From contig NW_003314304.1 of the NCBI RefSeq assembly GCF_000143415.4, forward strand, positions 1,112,047 through 1,176,046: 64,000 nucleotides of DNA, in the 5' to 3' direction. The notes below the pieces were generated by a model. The model had not been told where the DNA came from. It searched no databases and was given only the letters and a program-made list of their open reading frames with translations. The position numbers were made by a program, and so were the translations under genes. Numbering within the stretch: the first letter of the stretch is position 1; the number at the start of each line of letters is the position of its first letter. Positions 48,904 to 59,274 of the stretch are shown piece by piece. Source of the DNA: Selaginella moellendorffii (Eukaryota > Plantae > Lycopodiophyta).

Positions 48904-49156
48904 CTTGTGCCAAGCCAGAGACTCAAATGCGCGCCAAATCGCCAGTAATCCCTGCTACCATACCCGTCGCAATTTCATCACAGGCGCGCGCCACGCCCTC
49001 CCTGCGAGCTGGAAGAATCGCGAGCTCGCGACACGCAAACCCTAGTGACAAAGAAAGTACAAAACTCGAATCGGACGGTTCCAGAGGGTTCTAGAAAAGA
49101 ATTTGGAATTTACACGAAATCGGGCGGCTGGCATGCATCGTGTTCCTTGGGTTCTC

Positions 49157-50636
49157 CTAGCTCTTAGCGATACATCTGCGAAGCCTGGATCCAAACAGCG
49201 CTCCGGCGCAGCGTTGCACGTATCCAGCAAGATCTCTAGTCGGTCTTCGCGGCGGATAGAATGCGCTCTTCCTGTAAGGCGGATCATCTGCTCTGGATTG
49301 CCGCTGGAGAAACTGGTGGAAAGTACTCCCGTTCCGGAGCGAATCGTTCTTCGACTGGATCACCGCGGTCATGTCCAGATTGCCCGAGTTCGCTCCAGCG
49401 AACCAGGGCGTCACCTCCTTCTTGGATCCCGCCACGAAGACGTTGAACTCGCTCAAGATGGTGGCGGTCACTCGAGCTCCCAGCGCGTAGTATCCCCAGT
49501 TGGAGTAGAGATTGTTGACGACGTGACAGTAGCCGAATCGGCAGTGCGGCATCCTCTGCGTGGAATCGCGGAACCAGTTGCGAAAGACGGTCACTCGCAT
49601 CACGCTGTCCTGGCGATCGCTGTCCGAGGCGCCGAGGAGCATGTTGAAATCGCGGTTGGAGAGGTAGCAGTTCGAGATGGTCACGTCGGTGGATCCCTGG
49701 ACGACCGAGACGAGGCCCTCCGATCCGGAGAAGCTCGTAAGGTGGTCGATCCAGATGCGCTTGGATCCCGCGAAGACGTGCACGGTGTCGGTCTCTGGAA
49801 CGCTGTTGATCTGGAAGTTGTGGAGGATGACGTTGGTGACGCCGGCGAGGACGATGGAGCGGCCGGTGATGGTGATGTTGCTGCCGCGGCCATCGATGGT
49901 GGTATCGCTCCGGATCCACAGCATCTCGCGGAGCTGGATGATCATGGTCTTGGAGAAAGTTATCCACACTCCACCGGACTTGGGATTCAAGCTCACTCCG
50001 TAGCGCAGGCTTCCCTTTTGTGGATCCGTGGGATTGTCGTCGGGCCGGGTGACGACGTAGGATCTTCCATTGGCACCGCCGGTGAGACCGCCAGCGAAGC
50101 CGTAAGCGCAGGATGGGAGCGCGCGGCCGGAGCCACATTGGAACTGGCAAGTGGTTCCATCGCTGTTACACCTGGCTGCTCGAAAGGAAACAATGGAACT
50201 TAGTTCGAAGATTTGTGAAAAGTTCTGTGGATGGATGCTTACTTGGTGATGCTGCTGCCTGGAGGAGCGCTCGGCTCGGACGTCTGTTCTCTTCCTCCAA
50301 AGTTCTACCTCGGGTTACCTGGTGAGACAAAGAAGAAAAGATGAAGAAATCGTTGTATAACTGTGGAAGAAGAACGTATGATCTTATACCTGAGCGCATG
50401 AAGCTCCATCGCTCGTGCATTTTCCTGCTAGCAAAGATCGTTTGAGATGCTTAAACTTCTGTCAATGCTTACTAGACGAGTGCAGCTGGAGAGATCCGCT
50501 CGGTTCCTCCAAGGTTCTTACCTGGAAGAACATCAAAAAGCTTTTACCGCGATGGAGAATCATCTCATCTTACCTTGGAGCAAACTCCAGCATTTGCATG
50601 GATCAAAGCCACGAGAAGTAGCAACAGTAGCCCCAT
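49157..50636 (-). CDS. Secreted pectate lyase-like protein (PL1), 5 exons
   Basis: Reconstructed with matching phases: signal peptide MGLLLLLLVALIHANAG (50636-50574), three short exons, then GFAGGLTGG..GSLRYG..TIDGRG..WIDH..STDVTISN..QRMPHCR..HVVNN. Confidence 0.9.
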
Positions 50637-51292
50637 CCAAAGAGAGCTCTAAGTTCCTTTCTGCTACTCCAAAACCATTCCCAGGCGATGGAACTGGTGA
50701 AAGAAGAGCTACAAGTAGTGGAAGACGAAGAAGAAGAAGAAGAAGAGTATTCTTCTTCACACCTTCCGGGAAAAGAATTCGCTCGAAGTGCATCAATCCA
50801 CGCCAGTGCCAGGCCGCGCAAGCCGATTCCAAGCAATGGAAAAATCGCCACAAAGTGGAGGTGATATTCCCGCGAGGCCTTCTTTGCGTGCACGCCCGCC
50901 ATGGCCACCGATCCAACGGACTTGCCCCGGGATCGCCAATTGTTTAATCGCGAACGCGAGCGATCGTGAGCGCCAGAATGTGCGTCGTTTGACAATGCTG
51001 CTCCATCCAGACCTTCTCGCTCGCGAAAGCTTCCTCGCTCCATTGACTTGTCGCTGCGCCAAGCTTCCAGCGCAATCTTCGTGATCGCCAAAGGAGAAGG
51101 AAGGAATTCTAAACAAATGCCTCAAAGCTAACGTTAGAACCCTAGCAAATATTTTAGGGTTCTTGGCAATTTGGAGGGAGGCCGCCTCGTCTAGCGGCAA
51201 GTAAGCGAGATTCTTGTGCTGGGATTTAGGTAGAATGCGAGGCACAGGCCACAGATTTACTCCGAGCTTCATCGAATCGGAAAAGTTTTGGA

Positions 51293-52666
51293 TCATTTCT
51301 CCAGCTTGGGAGCTTCTGCCACAACAAGATCGACGAAATTATGCCCAGGATCGTCGAAATCTTGCTTGCTGGGGACGAGGTCGATCGCAGGACGGTCGAA
51401 ATCTTGCTCGCCCGTGACGACGGCGGCAGCATTGATCTCCATCGCTGCGGTCTCTGCATGGCCACTGGGGACGGGGCCGCAGCGATGATCCAGCCAGAGA
51501 ATGGCGATCCCAGAGGCGAAATACGTCGCCTGTGCCAATCCCAGGCGAGCGAAGAACATCGCGCTGGCAAGCTGTGGCCGGGCCGCTGGAAAAGAAGGGT
51601 CCAGGACGCTACTTCCGGCGCCAGTCTGATGATTCCCATGAACAGGAGCTTGATCCGGTAGCGTCGAGTGCCAAGCTCCTTGTGTTCGTGGGCATCGTGG
51701 GCCAGGACGTAGAGTGGCGAAGCAAAGGAGCTCATGAAGGCCGCGATCACTGCCCGGGTGGATTGTTTGAGGTTTATCTTGGGTCCCCGTGTGAGAACTA
51801 GCCAGAAGAGGAGCCACTGGAGGATGGTGGAGAGAAGGACGAGCACGAAGGGAAAGTATGAGGCTCCCGTGATCGTGAAGACCGAGCAAGAGATGGCACT
51901 CAGCAGGATGGCTGATCCAATATGAAGGCCTGCAAGGAAGAAAACAGTGAATCCGGCTTGAAAAAGCTTGTCTCTCTTCGACCTGCGAGGATTGCTACGC
52001 CAGCTTTCTTCTTCCACGAGGTTGCGTTGTTTGTTTTGGACGTCACCGCAATGCTTCCATTCAGAGCTCCGGAGACCAGCGTGGCTATGATCCCGAGGAT
52101 GAGAACTGGTGAGATGGAGGAGTTACCGGGTGAAGAGAGCCTCTTTTTGTAGATGGCATCATACTCGATCGCGAGTGCCTGGCTGGACTTGACGGTCAGC
52201 ATAACGATGCTGAAGAGCGTGCTCTTGGTGCTCATCTCTCGCCTGGCAACCAGGAAGGATCTTCATCAGGGTAGTGAAGGTACGAATCTTCTATTTTTTT
52301 CGTCTCGATGAATCTATTGTTGAATTGAAGAAGAAAGAACTCTTACCGGTCGATGGACGCTTTTGGATGTCGAGCCAAGTTCCATAGCTGTATGAGCGGG
52401 AAGAAGAGCGCAGATTGGATTGGCTGCTGCTCGACAGGTATGTTCAACTTGAAAACCACGACACTGATTATCTGAGATCCGATCGAAGCGACGAGCAGGA
52501 AGTAGAAATTCCACCTCAGCAACTGATCAGGAAACTTGTAGTATTGAACAAGAGTGATGACAGTGAGGATACCATCAGCCAAGTAAGAGCCAGCAGAGAA
52601 GATCACTCGCACGGGCTCGATCGCAGCAACGAGCGCTTTGGCAGAAGGCATTCCCGAGACAGCCAT
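51293..52666 (-). pseudogene. Multipass membrane protein, XK-related-like, copy 1 (1-bp frameshift near 51575)
   Basis: 3 exons, collinear with 54424-55859. ggccgggcc here versus ggccggggcc in copy 2 shifts the last helix and tail out of frame. Confidence 0.65.
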
Positions 52667-52964
52667 CAAAGTCTTGGTGTAAGTCTTGTATACTTCTATA
52701 ATGTGTGCACTCGTCAAAGGTGTGCGCCGGATTGACATCATATGGTGGTCGTCACATCAGAGTGTAAGTCGTCTCACATCGCGGTACTGTCGCTTTTACT
52801 TTGATTTCATTGCTTCTTGTGATGTTGGAATTTGACTCCGTGCGGTCCTTAAATTTGATTCCTGTGCATTCCAACATTCGGATATATTGGAAGAAGTCAC
52901 GGCTTCCCTACCACCAAAACCACGAAGGTATTATCAAGCGTTTGGATGTTCTCTCAGTGCTGCG

Positions 52965-53787
52965 TCACCACTGCCGAGGGACAAGCCTTGTGGACGGCTC
53001 CACAGTACTGGAACTGCGATCCCGGGGACTGGACGTAAACCGCGAGATGGTGGTGTCGCTCCGGATCCACAGCATCTCGCGGAGCTGGATGATCATGGTC
53101 TTGGAGAAAGTTATCCACACTCCACCGGACTTTGGATTCAAGCTCACTCCGTAGCGCAGGCTTCTCTTTTGTGGATCCGTGGGATTGTCGTCGGGCCGGG
53201 TGACGACGTAGGATCTTCCATTGGCACCGCCTGTGAGACCGCCAGCGAAGCCGTAAGCGCAGGATGGGAGCGCGCGGCCGGAGCCGCATTGGAACTGGCA
53301 AGTGGTTCCATCGCTGTTACACCGGGCTGCTCGAAAGGAAACAATGGAACTTAGTTCGAAGATTTGTGAAAAGTTCTGTGGATGGATGCTTACTTGGTGA
53401 TGCTGCTGCCTGGAGGAGCGCTCGGCTCGGACGTCTGTTCTCTTCCTCCAAAGTTCTACCTCGGGTTACCTGGCGAGACAAAGAAGAAAAGATGAAGAAA
53501 TCGTGGTATAACTTTGGAAGAAGAACGTATGATCTTATACCTGAGCGCATGAAGCTCCATCGCTCGTGCATTTTCCTGCTAGCAAAGATCGTTTGAGATG
53601 CTTAAACTTCTGTCAATGCTTACTAGACGAGTGCAGCTGGAGAGATCCGCTCGGTTCCTCCAAGGTTCTTACCTGGAAGAACATCAAAAAGCTTTTACCG
53701 CGATGGAGAATCATCTCATCTTACCTTGGAGCAAACTCCAGCATTTGCATGGATCAAAGCCACGAGAAGTAGCAACAGTAGCCCCAT
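52965..53787 (-). pseudogene. Truncated pectate lyase-like copy fused out of frame to an OPI10 fragment
   Basis: Signal peptide and short exons retained. Frame leaves homology after RSDTTI and stops at 52965. Confidence 0.88.
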
Positions 53788-54423
53788 CCAAAGAGAGCTC
53801 TAAGTTCCTTTCTGCTACTCCAAAACCATTCCCAGGCGATGGAACTGGTGAAAGAAGAGCTACAAGTAGTGGAAGACGAAGAAGAAGAAGAGTATTCTTC
53901 TTCACAACTTCCGGGAAAAGAATTCGCTCGAAGTGCATCAATCCACGCCAGTGCCAGGCCGCGCAAGCCGATTCCAAGCAATGGAAAAATCGCCACAAAG
54001 TGGAGGTGATATTCCCGCGAGGCCTTCTTTGCGTGCACGCCCGCCATGGCCACCGATCCAACGGACTTGCCCCCGGATCGCCAATTTTTTAATCGCGAAC
54101 GCGAGCGATCGTGAGCGCCAGAATGCGCGTCGTTTGACAATGCTGCTCCATCCAGACCTTCTCGCTCGCGAAAGCTTCCTCGCTCCATTGACTTGTCGCT
54201 GCGCCAAGCTTCCAGCGCAATCTTCGTGATCGCCAAAGGAGAAGGAAGGAATTCTAAACAAATGCCTCAAAGCTAACGTTAGAACCCTAGCAAATATTTT
54301 AGGGTTCTTGGGAGTTTGGAGAGATCGCCTCGTCTAGCGGCAAGTAAGCGAGATTCTTGTGCTGGGATTGAGGCACAGGCCGCAGATATACTCCGAGCTT
54401 CCTCGAATCGGAGATGTTTTGGA

Positions 54424-55859
54424 TCATTTCTCCAGCTTGGGAGCTTCTGCCACAACAAGATCGACGAAATTCTGCCCAGGATCGCCGAAATCTTGCTTGC
54501 TGGGGACGAGGTCGATCGCAGGACGGTCGAAATCTTGCTTGCTGGGGACGAGGTCGATCGCAGGACGGTCGAAATCTTGCTCGCCCGGGACGACGCCGGC
54601 AGCATTGATCTCCATCGCTGCGGTCTCTGCATGGCCACTGGGGACGGGGCCGCAGCGATGATCCAGCCAGGGAATGGCGATCCCAGAGGCGAAATACGTC
54701 GCCTGTGCCAATCCCAGGCGAGCGAAGAACATCGCGTTGGCAATCTGTGGCCGGGGCCTCTGGAAAAGAAGGATCCAGGACGCTACTTCCGGTGCCAGTT
54801 TGACGATTCCCATGAACAGGAGCTTGATCCGGTAGCGTCGAGTGCCAAGCTCCTTGTGTTCGTGGGCATCGTGGGCCAGGACGTAGAGTGGCGAAGCACA
54901 GGAGCTCATGAAGGCCGCGATCACTGCCCGGGTGTATTGTTTGAGGTTTATCTTGGGTCCCCGTGTGAGAACTAGCCAGAAGAGGAGCCACTGGAGGATG
55001 CCGCTGGTGGAGAGAAGGACGATCACGAAGGGAAAGTATGAGACTCCCGTGATCACGAAGACCGAGCAAGAGATGGCATTCAGCAGGATGGCTGATCCAA
55101 TATGAAGGCCTGCAAGGAAGAAAACAGTGAATCCGGCTTGAAACAAAGAGAGAAAAAGCTTGTCTCTCTTCGACCTGCGAGGATTGCTACGCCAGCTTTC
55201 TTCTTCCACGAGTTTGCGTTGGTTGTTTTGGACGCCACCGCAATGCTTCCATTCAGAGCTCCGGAGACCAGTGTGGCTATGATCCCGAGGATGAGAACAG
55301 GTGAGATGGAGGAGTTACCGGGTGAAGAGAGCCTCTTTTTGTAGATGGCATCATACTCGATCGCGAGTGCCTGGCTGGACTTGACGGTCAGCATAACGAT
55401 GCTGAAGAGCGTGCTCTTGGTGCTCATCTCTCGTCTGGCAACCAGGAAGGATCTTCATCAGGGTAGTGAAGGTACGTATCTTCTATTTTTTTTCTTCTCG
55501 ATGAATCTATTGTTGAATTGAAGAAGAAAGAACTCTTACCGGTCGATGGACGCTTTTGGATGTCGAGCCAAGTTCCATAGCTGTATGAGCGGGAAGAAGA
55601 GCGCAGATTGGATTGGCTGCTGCTCGACAGGTATTTTCAACTTGAAAACCACGACACTGACTATCTGAGATCCGATCAAAACGACGAGCAGGTTGTAGAA
55701 ATTCCGCCTCAGCAACTGATCAGGAAACTTATAGTATTGAACAAGAGTGATGACAGTGAGGATACCATCAGCCAAGTAAGAGCCAGCAGAGAAGATCACT
55801 CGCACGGGCTCGCTCGCAGCAACGAGCGCTTTGGCAGAAGGCATTCCCGAAACAGCCAT
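54424..55859 (-). CDS. Multipass membrane protein, XK-related-like, copy 2 (apparently intact, 3 exons)
   Basis: Splices atcgaccg|gtaag...gaag|atcc and ctcgcag|gtcg...ttgcag|gcc give one open frame with 8-10 hydrophobic segments and an acidic repeat tail. Family call is by eye. Confidence 0.65.
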
Positions 55860-56269
55860 CAAAGTCTTGGTGTAAGTCTTTTATGCTCCTTCGTAAAATA
55901 TTTCTATAATGTGTGCACTCGTCAAAGGTGTGCGCCGGATTGGCATGGTCGTCACATCAGAGTACTTACAAAGGCACGTATAAGTCGTCTCACGTCGCGG
56001 TACTGTCGCTTTTACTTTTCTTGTGATGTTGGAATTTGACTCCGTGCGGTCCTTAAATTTGATTCGTGTGCATTCTAACATTCAGAAGTCAAGACTTCCC
56101 TACCACTAAAACCACGAAGGTACTATCAAGCGTTTGGATGTTCTCTCAGTGCTGAGTTTTCATATTGCAGCTATGGATGCAGGTTGCAGTAAGGATGTGA
56201 AGCTTGGCTCTGGGATCGGTGGCAAGCAGCTGTCTGCTCCAACTGGAAACAAGGCTCATGTAGCAACTT

Positions 56270-57700
56270 TGGTACAAAATGTTGCTATCTTGTGAGCTAT
56301 TGCTCCAAGGAATGTCAGAAGGAGGACTGGCCAGAGCCCAAGAAGGCCTGTAAGTCGGAGCTGATGGTTGAGCAGTACGTGCCTTCGTGGGTTACGTCCG
56401 TCTTCGTGGTTCACGGGCTCTTTGCAAAGGTTTGGACAAGCACCCTGGGGAAATGTGCCTGCACACGGCCTGCTAAGCAGAGATGGCTTTCAGCCTCCGG
56501 AAGAGCGGAGCTTTTGTTTTGCAGCACCAGCAGATCTACTTAACGCCATAGAAACGGTGTGCCGACTCCCAGATTCTTTCAGTGGCCGGGCAACTTTCTA
56601 CGTCAACGACTGGAATCCTCAAGTCGCAGTGAAGAACTTCCTCATGATCGAGCTGCTCAGGACCTTCGGAAGGGACGCTATTGATGCTGTGATAGCTCTT
56701 TGGTACTCCTCATGCCTCACGTCTCAGCAGAACGCCGCGATCGACGATCTGGCACGCTGGGTTCTATCGAAGAAGAGCTCAGATGATCCCAAGCGCTCCA
56801 AGCTTTCTCTGGTTGCAAGCTTTGGAAACAAAGTCTGGGCGCTCTTGAGGACGTCGTTCCAGTTCCTGGACTAAAAGAAACTGCACTGGAGACGAGGTGG
56901 AGGGTGATGGTTGGCCGTCCCGACTTGTTGGAACGCAAGCTCGTTCTTCTCCAGGCTCTCTTGGAACGACTACCGCCACTCGGGAATGCTCCTACGCGGC
57001 AACGCTAGAACACCGACGAGCTAACAAGTAACTCCTCCATCCCGAGCTCGGCTGGACCATGAGCGATTCAGCTGAGCCTCTCGACGGCTGTCTATGCACG
57101 ACATCTTTGCATCTGGCGAGAAGTATGGAGCCTCTACGAAGAACCTCTGCGGCTGCCTCTTCTTCCACGTTGACAGCCCTGCTCACCAAGCTCGAGGTAT
57201 GCGAGTTACGTTCAAGTTCTTCTCTGCTGCGACGCTAGTGAGCTCGCACAGGATGGATTAACCTTCCAGGGGATCGACACATCAAACTTGGCAGATGCGA
57301 TATACGTTGGGATTGAGAGGATTCTCACGGACTGGGGGCCGCTGCTGGGTGTGAGCTTACAATCTCGCTCATGAACTGGGCGAAAGATCGTTCTTTCAGT
57401 GAAGCTGCTGCACACCACACCTCCTCGAGCGTAAAGGTTCGTGTTTCATGGACAAGTGGATGCTATGCATAAACTCTGCGGTGGTAGAACTCTTCCCCGA
57501 CAACAGTGAGGAGTTCCAGGAGTATCTGGAGTCACGAAACGCGATCGTTGCAGCGCGACGGCTAGGAAAGAGCACAAAGTTGCGCCAGGGAGGCTCTCGG
57601 ATCTAGAGAGCTGCGTTCCTAGCATTGGCGCCAGTGACGACGAGGTTGACTGCCTTGTTTGTGTGGTAACTTAGCGAAAGGTTCATCGAGTGGATCCCCG
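56270..57700 (+). pseudogene. MYND zinc finger + DUF4470-type protein pseudogene
   Basis: YCSKECQKEDWP..KKACK, WGNVPA, FAAPADLLNAIETV..LPDSFSG..YVND.NP.V..N.L, IALWYS, IDTSNLAD..VG..WGPLL. Frameshifts and stops. Confidence 0.75.
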
Positions 57701-57810
57701 GCTCAGCGTTGAATCGCCATCTCCGACTTATTTAGTACTAGTTCTACCACCGCAGAGTTTATGCATAGCATCCACTTGTCCATGAAACATGAACCTTTAC
57801 GCTCGAGGAG
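57421..57810. repeat. 71-bp inverted repeat (arms 57421-57491 and 57740-57810, 1 mismatch)
   Basis: ctcctcgagcgtaaaggttc...ggtggtagaact and its reverse complement. Confidence 0.92.
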
Positions 57811-57946
57811 AGGAGTTGTCTCTGCACAAATCGTCACGTCTGTTTTTAGTGTTCGTCTATGCTTTGCATTGTCGTTTCCATTTTTAGGCTGTATATATTA
57901 GAAGGGAAGATTAATGAGAGTGTGAGTGATTGGTGTTTGATAATCC

Positions 57947-58392
57947 ATGGCTAGTTCAAGCCTTGCTGTGCTCTGCATTTCTCTTGTGGTCTTGTCTGCA
58001 GGATTAGTAGCTTTGGCAGAAGGTAAATTAATAGAAATTTGTTAGTGTTAGTCAAAATTTATTTCTATTCAGATTTTAAAGAGGATGAATATGATATTAA
58101 GCATTATGTCAAAAGTGGTGTTGCCAGAGATGAATATAAGACTTCAGTCGCATCACAGCATCATATATATGAAGATGATAATATAGGGTAATAGTTCTTT
58201 CTATTTATTTTTCTTTTGGCAATAACAAATGTATGCAGGTCAATGTCTGGTGAGGAGGAGGAAAGTGTTAAAGGTTCTGGTATCTATAACTTTTGCAAGT
58301 TTTTCTGTAGAAAGGGCTTATTCCTATGGAAAGTTTGCAAGTCATGCCCTGCTTCTGCTCCAGCTCCAGCTCCATCTTCTAACCATCACTAA
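57947..58392 (+). CDS. Small secreted Cys-rich peptide precursor, 114 aa; exons 57947-58022, 58073-58187, 58239-58392
   Basis: GT-AG introns of 50 and 51 bp with matching phases; signal peptide; TATA-like tatatatta ~55 bp upstream; aataaa just after the stop. Confidence 0.82.
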
Positions 58393-59019
58393 GAAAAATT
58401 GACTCTTTATAATAAAAAATAGAATAATTGTTACATTATTCCTTATATTCAATTGCACAAATTGTTTCATATAATGCATTGTTATGTTTAACTATGATAT
58501 CTGAGCTCGCACAAGAGAAATTCATGGTAGGATTGCATTAATTTATTAGCACAAATGACTTATGCTCATTAAACTTCTTTTTTAGCAATAATTAAAAAAA
58601 TAGTTAATCAAAACTACAGCTTAGTATATGATATTTTACACATTCCAAGTTTCTACTTGTGGTGAAGGAGGGCAATGCTCCATTAATGGATTAGGAAATG
58701 AAATTCATACCAAAACAAGCTCAAGGTGAGGAGTATGATATTACAATAGCACCCCCAATTTCTTTCAGCGAAAAAATAAGTATCTAATAAACTCTCAAAA
58801 GGCATAAGCAGTAAGAAGCATCAAATTGTGGTCAAACAAAGCCCTCCTCCAATTGCTAGTACACACTCACAAAGGTAATTCACTCTAGTTAAACTCATGG
58901 CTCTATGGATTAGAAAGTTGAGAGATTATTTAATAGCATTATTTACTAAATAAAAAACTTCCTAATGCTCAATGTAGAAGCCAAAAATACATGTGGAACC
59001 TCTATTGTATCCTGCCTGG

Positions 59020-59200
59020 AATTTACCATATTTGCAAATTCTTACCACTCACTACACCACTTACCATAGTAAAATCTTAGAGCAAGGGAATCCTTGGCCA
59101 TGCCTTGCAGTGCTCCTCGATCGTTCAAAGATCCAAGGAAATCCAGTATATAAGCAGTGCAAGCAAAGGATCCAGCAACCTATGGCACAAGCAATGGTGG
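59020..59200 (-). repeat. Dispersed repeat homologous, in inverted orientation, to ~63800-63960
   Basis: Shared tgccataggttg..ggatcc.ttgcttgcact, tggatttcc..ggatctttgaac.atcgaggagcac, tttgcaaatat..aaattcc. Confidence 0.75.
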
Positions 59201-59274
59201 TGCAAAGCAATGTTTGTTGATTGTGTACAGCCATTTGTGGCCAACTAAACCCTAAACCCAAGGTGAAAGAATGC

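Larger units (their letters stand above)
52962..56154. repeat. Tandem segmental duplicate of 48468-52962 lacking 48550-49890
   Basis: 52962-53043 equals OPI10 48468-48549; 53046-56154 equals ~49895-52962 with scattered substitutions and indels. Confidence 0.93.

Noticed and set aside
49103-50203. Long antisense ORFs over the pectate lyase, and similarly over the PPR genes (30877-32148, 59353-60348)
   Set aside because: Shadow ORFs expected from GC3-rich codon usage on the coding strand.
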